A DNA stretch of 64,000 bases from Bacteroidota bacterium. GTDB lineage: Bacteria > Bacteroidota > Bacteroidia > J057 > JADKCL01. The translations under genes were made by a program, and so were the position numbers. Below the pieces are notes generated by a model. The model was not told the origin of the DNA. It ran no database searches and saw only the letters and a list, made by a program, of their open reading frames with translations. The DNA lies in the NCBI GenBank assembly GCA_031415375.1, contig JANORP010000479.1, positions 485 through 64,484 on the forward strand. Direction: 5' to 3'. Below, in pieces: positions 57,593 through 64,000 of this stretch. Position 1 is the stretch's first letter; the number at the start of each line of letters is the position of its first letter.

Positions 57593-58282
57593 ATGTCACG
57601 CAAAATATTCATCAGCTACCGCCGTTCAGACTCTGCCGATTTCTCGGTGGCGCTGTACAATGAGCTGCGTGGATACTATGACGAATCCTTCATTTTCAAG
57701 GACATCAATACCATCCAGCCAGGTCAGCAATTTGCTGAGGTGCTCGAGAATGCGCTGGACCACTGCGCAGTGGTGCTCGTGGTGATCGGCCCGACCTGGC
57801 TCACGGTGAGCGGGGCGCGCTTGTTTGAGGAGCATGATTGGGTGCGCCAAGAGATCGCCAGGGCACTCGCCCGCAACCTGCGGGTGATCCCGATCCTCGC
57901 CAACGGCACCAAAATGCCCAAAACCGAGGAGCTGCCAGATGATCTTCATGGCTTGTGCAAACGCCAAGCCCTCGAGATTGACAACCAACGTTTTGAATAT
58001 GACGTAGCACAGTTGTGCAGGGCCATCCAAGATTTGGTTCCTTCCAAAAAACGAAGGGTGGCACCTGCAGGCAGCTCATACTGGGACAATGCTTTCAAGG
58101 CCATATTGCTCCTGTTCATGCTGGCTAGCATAGGTCTCATCGTATGGGCCTGGCTGGGAAGCGAGGGGCAATTCACTGAAAAAATCACGATGTCACTGCT
58201 TGGACTAGGTGGCATGGCTGGGGGCTGGGCTGCTTTTACGCGTCAGCGATGGATAGAATTGAGGGCCCATCAAATCGAATAA
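57593..58282 (+). CDS. TIR-domain protein with two C-terminal transmembrane helices
   Basis: 229 aa. It has a TIR_2-type N-terminus KIFISYRRSDS, then VVLVVIGP and DWVRQEI (W-x3-E). TM helices: AFKAILLLFMLASIGLIVWAWLG and ITMSLLGLGGMAGGWAAF. Confidence 0.8.
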   Translation: MSRKIFISYRRSDSADFSVALYNELRGYYDESFIFKDINTIQPGQQFAEVLENALDHCAVVLVVIGPTWLTVSGARLFEEHDWVRQEIARALARNLRVIPILANGTKMPKTEELPDDLHGLCKRQALEIDNQRFEYDVAQLCRAIQDLVPSKKRRVAPAGSSYWDNAFKAILLLFMLASIGLIVWAWLGSEGQFTEKITMSLLGLGGMAGGWAAFTRQRWIELRAHQIE

Positions 58283-58284
58283 GA

Positions 58285-58977
58285 ATGACTCTACACGGAA
58301 AATTTGGAGACCCAAAAACTGAACGCGACATCCTGTCTGCCAAACGATTCAATTTTGCATCGCTGGTGGTGCTGATCATGGCCATCGTCGCCGCTTTTTT
58401 TATGTATCTGCAGCTGATTTCCCAGCAGCGTGAATTGGAAGTGAAGACGCAACAACTGGCAGACAGCACGGCCCACCTGCGCAGGATCAGAGGTGAACTG
58501 GAGGAGGCCCAGCGGTCGCTGGCTATGCGCGAACAACGCATGGAGATGCAATTGGAAAATCTCAGCAACAGCGTCGAGCAGAGACAGTTCGACAGTGCCT
58601 TGGTGCAAGCCACGGCGATCAGCTCGCAGCTGGCTCGCAAGGACAGCACGGGACTCACCTTCATCAACTTCTATGCTTGGCAGCCGCAATCCAGCATCCT
58701 CTCAACCATCAAATCCTACCTCGCTGCACCAGAGTTCATCCTCGTGAAGCAGGAAACCCTGCAAGAGCTGCCCGATTGGATGGGCAAAAAGTCTGCCGTG
58801 TATTATTATTCCAAGACCGCCGCTTCCAAGGCAGAGACCATTGCGAAACAACTCAGCGCCATGTCGGGGAGTTCCTTTGAAGCCCTGCGCGGCGATGCCC
58901 AAAATGCGCCGCAAAATGGGCACCACGAATGGATACATATTCATTACCTTGGCGGCAGTTCGTATTTGCGTAAATGA
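58285..58977 (+). CDS. single-pass membrane coiled-coil protein with unknown C-terminal domain
   Basis: Start moved to ATG MTLHGKF, 2 nt after the TIR stop. TM FNFASLVVLIMAIVAAFFMYLQLI, a ~70-aa coiled coil, and a ~110-aa alpha/beta-looking tail. Confidence 0.65.
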   Translation: MTLHGKFGDPKTERDILSAKRFNFASLVVLIMAIVAAFFMYLQLISQQRELEVKTQQLADSTAHLRRIRGELEEAQRSLAMREQRMEMQLENLSNSVEQRQFDSALVQATAISSQLARKDSTGLTFINFYAWQPQSSILSTIKSYLAAPEFILVKQETLQELPDWMGKKSAVYYYSKTAASKAETIAKQLSAMSGSSFEALRGDAQNAPQNGHHEWIHIHYLGGSSYLRK

Positions 58978-60518
58978 ATGTAGCGTCTCCAAGCCTGTCC
59001 CCTTCTCGCAAGCTCCCGCTTTGGGTGTGGTGCCTGCTTGCGTGCAGCAGCCTCGTTCTCCTATCCTACACCTGCTATCGCGCAGCGGTGGTCACCCTCA
59101 CATTTGATGAGATCTGGAGCTTGAATGCTTATGCCAAGGCTAGCTGGGCCAACATCTTGGCTTTCAAACCCCTGAGCGCCAACAATCATATCGGGAATAG
59201 CCTGCTCATGAAGCTATGTTTGCAAGCTTTTGGCGACTCCGCACTGAGCCTGCGGCTCCCCAACTTGCTAGCCCATGGAATCTTCCTTGCCTACGCCATC
59301 GCTATGGCCCGGCGACTGCGCCAAGGCGTATGGGTTCTGCTCGCTTTTTTCCTTTTGAATTTCCATCCCTACCTGCTGGATTTTTTTTCGTTGGCACGGG
59401 GCTATGGGTTGGCCATGGCCATGGTCATGGCTGCCTTGTACCACCTGTTTGCCTTTCGGGAGAATGCCTTTTCTCGCCATATCATTTCCAATATCATTTT
59501 TGCGGGTCTATCGGTGGTCTTCAACTTGTCTTTCCTTCATTTTTTTGTGGCCAACGCCTTGGTGATGGTGCTCCTCATTTACAGCCATTCTCATGCCTGG
59601 AATGTCGATTTGCGGCAAGCGATTGTCTCGATGCTGAAGCGGCTAGCGCCGCTGCTCATCGTCTCGCTAGCACTTTACCTTTTCTTGCGCAAGCCGGTGC
59701 AAGCCTTGGTTGCTGCAAATGAACTCTATTATGGCGGCCACAGCGGTTTCTGGAGCGACACCGTCACGACCCTAGCCCACGCATTGCTCTACAAGATCGA
59801 CTACTGGCACCAAGACCTGGATTTGCTATTGAAATTTGGGCTGGGCAGCCTCTTCTGCATGTTTATTGCATTTGGGATCGAGCTGTCTGAGCGGCAATGG
59901 AAGTGGCGCGAATCCCCGGGTATGCTCACATTGATGCTCATGCTCGTGCCTACGGTGACCTGCACCGTGCAACATTTCACAGTGGGCAGTCCATTTCTCA
60001 TTTACCGCACCGCATTGTTTCTATTGCCGATCTATATGCTCGGCCTCGTCTGGCTGCTGCGCACGATTGCCAAGGTTCCTGCCTTTCGCAAAGGCGTGAT
60101 CGCCGTGTCCCTGCTCATCACCGCCATGCTCAGTATCCATAATTTTTGCGCCCTCAATCTCACGCATTGCGCTGAGTGGTCCACCGATGCAGACACCGCC
60201 ACGATGTTGCAGGATTTGAAGGCCGACCGGCTGCGGCGCGGCATCTCAGGCCCGAGCACCCTGGGGATGAGCTGGCAATTGAGGCCCGGCACCAATTATT
60301 ACAGAACCCATCAACATTTGGATTGGCTGCCCGAGATTCCACAAGCTAGCTGTCCTGCAGGGATGGATTATTATTTCCTACTAGGCGGCGAATGGACGTG
60401 CAAGTTGCCCGTTGCGCCATCGGCGACCGGGGAATGCGCTGGCTGTACACTCATCCAAAGTTACCCGATCTCCAACACGACCTTGTGGCGCGTGGCGCCT
60501 ACAGCAATCGCCGATTGA
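58974..60518 (+). CDS. GT-C fold (GT39/GT83, PMT/ArnT-like) polytopic glycosyltransferase
   Basis: 514 aa with >=10 predicted TM helices. First-loop DE motif (TFDEIWS) and SLRLPNLLAHGIFLAY pattern. The ATG overlaps the upstream stop (ATGA). Confidence 0.65.
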   Translation: MNVASPSLSPSRKLPLWVWCLLACSSLVLLSYTCYRAAVVTLTFDEIWSLNAYAKASWANILAFKPLSANNHIGNSLLMKLCLQAFGDSALSLRLPNLLAHGIFLAYAIAMARRLRQGVWVLLAFFLLNFHPYLLDFFSLARGYGLAMAMVMAALYHLFAFRENAFSRHIISNIIFAGLSVVFNLSFLHFFVANALVMVLLIYSHSHAWNVDLRQAIVSMLKRLAPLLIVSLALYLFLRKPVQALVAANELYYGGHSGFWSDTVTTLAHALLYKIDYWHQDLDLLLKFGLGSLFCMFIAFGIELSERQWKWRESPGMLTLMLMLVPTVTCTVQHFTVGSPFLIYRTALFLLPIYMLGLVWLLRTIAKVPAFRKGVIAVSLLITAMLSIHNFCALNLTHCAEWSTDADTATMLQDLKADRLRRGISGPSTLGMSWQLRPGTNYYRTHQHLDWLPEIPQASCPAGMDYYFLLGGEWTCKLPVAPSATGECAGCTLIQSYPISNTTLWRVAPTAIAD

Positions 60519-60621
60519 GGGTAGCGAATTGGAAAAGCATCGGCACCGATCGCAACCCTATTCTCCGCTCGATCAATTTTTGGGAATGTCCATCCTGCCG
60601 CTCAGAAACCGCAGCATCTAC

Positions 60622-61176
60622 CTATTCCCCCGCACGCAAGGCAAGCACGCGCTCGAGACCCATCTCCCGCAGCTTTTCCACGTTTCTTGCAGGGATGCCA
60701 TCGGGGTCTGGGTGGCTGTCGATGGCACCGGTGAGGCTGTCTTCGCGCAGGATGTGCAACATAGGATAGGGAGACCGATTGGTGTAATGGCTCACATCGT
60801 CGGCATCGACACCCTCAAACAGGTATTCTGGATGGAAGCTCGCCACCTGCAAGACGCCTTCCAAATCGGCATCTTCCAGCGCCTCCTCGACGATTTCCAA
60901 GAAATCGAGGTACTGCTCAAAATCCTGCAAGACCAGCGGATGCACCAAGACGGTAGTCTCGACGACGGCAGGATCGGCTTCAATGATGAGCATCAACTCA
61001 GTGAGCAGATCGTTGTAAAGCACATCGATGTCGCGTGCTGCACTCACAGTGTAGCGCACGCGCCCTTGGGCGGCAACGGCCCCCGCAAAAGGACAGAGAT
61101 TGAGGCCGATCACAAAGCGCTCTACCCAAGCCTGTGTGGCGGGCAATGCATCAAAAGGAAGGTTTTCTGTGGACAT
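60622..61176 (-). CDS. DUF1415-family protein
   Basis: Start moved to ATG MSTENLPF. The WVERFVIGLNLCPFAG motif is typical of DUF1415. Confidence 0.7.
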   Translation of the reverse strand: MSTENLPFDALPATQAWVERFVIGLNLCPFAGAVAAQGRVRYTVSAARDIDVLYNDLLTELMLIIEADPAVVETTVLVHPLVLQDFEQYLDFLEIVEEALEDADLEGVLQVASFHPEYLFEGVDADDVSHYTNRSPYPMLHILREDSLTGAIDSHPDPDGIPARNVEKLREMGLERVLALRAGE

Positions 61177-61277
61177 AGGCCGCAATTTAGTGAATTGTGC
61201 CGATCACAAAAGCCGCAATGCAAATCGGCTACCCAAAGGGTAGCCGATTGCCAAAAACCAAAAGGTGCCATGATGAT

Positions 61278-63617
61278 TCATCGACTGTTGTGGTGGATCG
61301 ATACCCAATCCTTGCCCACATTCACGCCCAGCGTCTCACGCACGAGTGCACTGTACTTCTTGTGCAGGGACGCGGATTGTTTCTTGCCATCCACAAAAAA
61401 TTCTTCGTTGTTGATTTTCAGCTTGAAGGAGTTTGGGTTCTTCACCAATCCGTCTGAGGCTAGGGCATCACCGATGACCTCTGATGCATTTTCGGCGCGA
61501 TCAGCTTCCTCTTCGGCGCGGGCGGCTTCCTCATCGGCGCGAGCGGCCTCTTCATCGGCGCGGGTGGCCTCCTCATCGGCACGCGCGGCTTCCTCATCGG
61601 CGCGTGCGGCTTCCTCATCGGCGCGGGTGGCCTCCTCGTCGGCACGGGTGGCTTCCTCATCGGCAGCCCGTTGCTGTTGCTCTGCGGCACGCTCCATCGA
61701 GGCAGCAAAACGCTCACCCCATGCTTCCATCTGCGCCTCGAATCCTGCCATCTTTCCCTCCATAGCTGCACCTTGCATTTCGCCCATTTCATCCTGCTTC
61801 AAGGCAATTTGCTCCTTCAAGTCATCCCGCTCACGCTTTCCTTTGGCATTGTCCAACTGCTCATTCAGTTGATCCAGCTCAGATTGCAACTCCTTGAATT
61901 CGGGGGAATCATCGATTGTAGGCATGTTTTCTGCAAGATGGGCAAATTGCTCACCAAACTGCTCACCCCACTGCTCCATTTTCGCCCCATATTCCTCCCA
62001 ATCTTTGCCATCAAATTGTTTGGCAAATTCTTCACCCCATCGCTCCATCTCCTTGCCAAAATTTTCCATGTCGCGCTCAAAAGCCTTCTCATTGAAGCCG
62101 GGCGTGCCAGGCATGTCCATCGGTGGCATGGCGGGCATGGGAGGCAATGCACCCATGCTAGGGATTGGAGGCATCGGGGATAACGGGGCAAGTCCTGGTG
62201 CTGCGGATCTCTGAAAGAAGCTCGTGGCCATATCTTGATAACCCACGAGGTCTTCGGCAGGGATCGCCACGCCGTTGCGGGTGCCGCTCATGACTTTGCC
62301 GGCGCCATTGAACCGCAGCTCTACTTCCTCACCATTGTCGGTCATGGTGACTTTGGTAATGGGCGAGTCTTGGGCTACTGAAGTAAAATGCAGTGTGCCG
62401 AGCAGCGAAGCCAAGCGCATCGCATTCAGCAGCGACCCGGCGGCAGACGTGCTGCTGTTGGAAAGGCTAGTACTCGTTTCCACGACGGTCGATGTATTTA
62501 CTTTGGTAATAGCGGGCTTGGTTGCAGTCTCTGTCACGGTTTGGTCCATGAAAAAGGGCAATGCAGCCTTCACGACGGTATGGCTTTGTGTGGCCAGCAG
62601 CAATACGCAGCCCATCGTGATGAGTCCAAAGAGGAGTCCACGGGCATGGAAGCGGCGCTTGGTGGGCATCGGGCCGCCCGTGATGCGACGGATGCGGCTT
62701 GCTAGATCGCCCCCTTGAGAGGCCATCGCCAAGGCGGTCGGCTGCTGCCGCAGCAACTCCAAACTCAGCAGCGCCCGGGCATACTGCACCTTGTTGGATT
62801 TGAGGTGTACAACCAGCTCGTCGCAGCAGTTTTCACGCTCTTGACGGATGATGCCGGTGACCCACCAAGTGGCCGGATGGTAAAAAAGTACGATCTCTGC
62901 AATGCTTTGCAGCATATTGAGCAGGTAGTCCCAGCGCCTCACGTGCCCCAATTCATGGATCAAGATGCACTCCACCTGCTCCATCGTGAGGCCCGACAAA
63001 AGGCCCATGGGCAGCAATACAATCGGCTTGAGCGCACCGATGACCATAGGGGTGTCGATGAGGCTACTATAGCGGATGCCGACATATCTACGGATGCCGA
63101 CTTGGTCCAGCAGATCGACAAAACGGGTCACCAGGTCCTGAGGCACCTCTTGCGTGCCTTGCTTGCGTAGCCGATGGATATGCCAGCAGCTCCCTAGAAA
63201 GCGCATCGTCAGTGCCACCATCCCCAGCATCCAGAGACCGAAGAGGAAATAGGCATTCTCTTGGAAAAAAGCATTCACTTGATCAATAAAGCCTAGGCTT
63301 TTCACGATCGTCGCAGGTGGTCGCACCATTGCGCTATGCATTTGGAATACGGCAGGGTTCAACCCTGTCGCCACGTGTGAAGGTGTAGCCGTTGCAGGTT
63401 CATATAGCAGGCCAAATGTGGCCATAGGGAGCACAAGCATCACGCCCATGCTGCTCAAGGCTAGCCAATAGCGCAGACGGGCGGCACGTTGTGGCACCAG
63501 GGCCAGGGCCACGATGAGGGCCAATGCCACAGCGGCGAGCTGCCACAGTGAGTGCATCAAAGTAGCACCGATCGCCTCGGCGAGATGAGTTGGGATAAGG
63601 GATTCCAGTGATTTCAT
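61278..63617 (-). CDS. BlaR1/M56-family membrane metallopeptidase-type sensor with long atypical C-terminal region
   Basis: 779 aa. N-terminal TM helices and HELGHVRRWD (M56 HExxH). C-terminal Met/Pro-rich tract, W-G-E-x-F repeats, and an 8x heptad acidic repeat. 4-nt overlap with blaI-like. Confidence 0.85.
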   Translation of the reverse strand: MKSLESLIPTHLAEAIGATLMHSLWQLAAVALALIVALALVPQRAARLRYWLALSSMGVMLVLPMATFGLLYEPATATPSHVATGLNPAVFQMHSAMVRPPATIVKSLGFIDQVNAFFQENAYFLFGLWMLGMVALTMRFLGSCWHIHRLRKQGTQEVPQDLVTRFVDLLDQVGIRRYVGIRYSSLIDTPMVIGALKPIVLLPMGLLSGLTMEQVECILIHELGHVRRWDYLLNMLQSIAEIVLFYHPATWWVTGIIRQERENCCDELVVHLKSNKVQYARALLSLELLRQQPTALAMASQGGDLASRIRRITGGPMPTKRRFHARGLLFGLITMGCVLLLATQSHTVVKAALPFFMDQTVTETATKPAITKVNTSTVVETSTSLSNSSTSAAGSLLNAMRLASLLGTLHFTSVAQDSPITKVTMTDNGEEVELRFNGAGKVMSGTRNGVAIPAEDLVGYQDMATSFFQRSAAPGLAPLSPMPPIPSMGALPPMPAMPPMDMPGTPGFNEKAFERDMENFGKEMERWGEEFAKQFDGKDWEEYGAKMEQWGEQFGEQFAHLAENMPTIDDSPEFKELQSELDQLNEQLDNAKGKRERDDLKEQIALKQDEMGEMQGAAMEGKMAGFEAQMEAWGERFAASMERAAEQQQRAADEEATRADEEATRADEEAARADEEAARADEEATRADEEAARADEEAARAEEEADRAENASEVIGDALASDGLVKNPNSFKLKINNEEFFVDGKKQSASLHKKYSALVRETLGVNVGKDWVSIHHNSR
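61497..61664 (-). repeat. 8 tandem 21-bp in-frame repeats encoding (A-D-E-E-A-A/T-R)n
   Basis: On the plus strand the unit GGCTTCCTCATCGGCGCGGGC is repeated with few substitutions. Protein: ADEEATRADEEATRADEEAARADEEAAR... Confidence 0.85.
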
Positions 63618-63997
63618 TGCTTTGAATCATTTTCTATCGTGTCCAAATAGGCGCGAATCTGATCGATCTCGGCTGAGCTTGCCTTGTGCCCGCCGAGGGT
63701 TTGTAGCACGAGTTGCATCGCAGACCCACTGAAAGCGCTTTCCAAAAAGCGGTCTAGCAATGCACGTTGGGTGAGCTCGCGATCCACGATGGCAGCATAA
63801 ATATGCCCTTTGCCATCCTTTTCCCTTTCGAGCAGCCCTTTCTCATGCATGATTTGCAAAAATTTGAGCGTCGTCGTGTAGCCAATGTCGCGCTTCGCGC
63901 TCAGCACATCATTGACTTCACGCACAGAGCAAGGCCCTCGTTCCCAGAGCACTTGCAAAATCTCCAGCTCAGCATCAGTAGGTTTCAGCGTTTCCAT
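63614..63997 (-). CDS. BlaI/MecI/CopY-family transcriptional repressor
   Basis: 127 aa with winged-helix N-terminus LKPTDAELEILQVLWERGPCSVREV. Upstream of, and coupled to, the M56 gene. Confidence 0.9.
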   Translation of the reverse strand: METLKPTDAELEILQVLWERGPCSVREVNDVLSAKRDIGYTTTLKFLQIMHEKGLLEREKDGKGHIYAAIVDRELTQRALLDRFLESAFSGSAMQLVLQTLGGHKASSAEIDQIRAYLDTIENDSKQ

Positions 63998-64000
63998 CTT

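Noticed and set aside
60412-61872. 486-aa plus-strand ORF with a striking SSSARAA repeat
   Set aside because: The Ser/Ala/Arg repeat is just the reverse-complement reading of the ADEEAAR-coding 21-bp repeat of the M56 gene. The ORF also runs antisense through the DUF1415 gene.
1-64000. tRNA, rRNA, tmRNA or RNase P genes
   Set aside because: Scanning by eye found no T-loop/acceptor-like patterns (GTTCGAATC-type) or conserved RNase P/tmRNA boxes. This is low-sensitivity negative evidence, and tRNAscan/Infernal should be run.

Overview
The window looks like a chromosomal segment of a Bacteroidota-type bacterium. Eleven proteins end in T9SS type-A C-terminal sorting domains (CTD), TAnnTTTG-type -7 promoter boxes occur, and there are no Shine-Dalgarno-like leaders. 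A finer taxonomic call cannot be made from the sequence alone. About 50 CDS are supportable. I recognised no rRNA, tRNA, CRISPR array, transposase or integrase. Housekeeping content: a TetR-paaABCD operon (no paaE), an orphan nuoN, a CCA-type nucleotidyltransferase, moaA, fdhD, a YdeP/FdhF-type molybdoenzyme, fhs, a DRB0094-type RNA ligase, and a BlaI/BlaR1-like pair. The accessory content is more notable. (1) A 2066-aa outer-membrane-anchored protein (49665..55865, minus) has 18 tandem Cys/His modules (ICHIPPGNP...H..HGD.QGAC) that I cannot assign to a characterised family. (2) Directly divergent from it lies a tightly coupled operon: a membrane-tethered TIR protein, a TM coiled-coil protein and a GT-C glycosyltransferase, preceded by a SHOCT protein and a zinc-ribbon protein. 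This is a candidate novel TIR-based membrane module. (3) Five divergent tandem paralogs of a Trp-rich repeat T9SS cargo family are followed by a cargo-less CTD stub and two PI-PLC-X-like phosphodiesterases. (4) A signal-less bulb-lectin::PI-PLC fusion sits next to a LytTR two-component system across a 950-bp non-coding gap. (5) A signal-less PG-binding HExxH protein is translationally coupled to a lipoprotein, which resembles an effector/immunity pair. (6) An AT-rich islet with a sigma-70-like gene appears to split the fdhD-ydeP pair. All family assignments come from motif recognition by eye; no database search or computation was possible.
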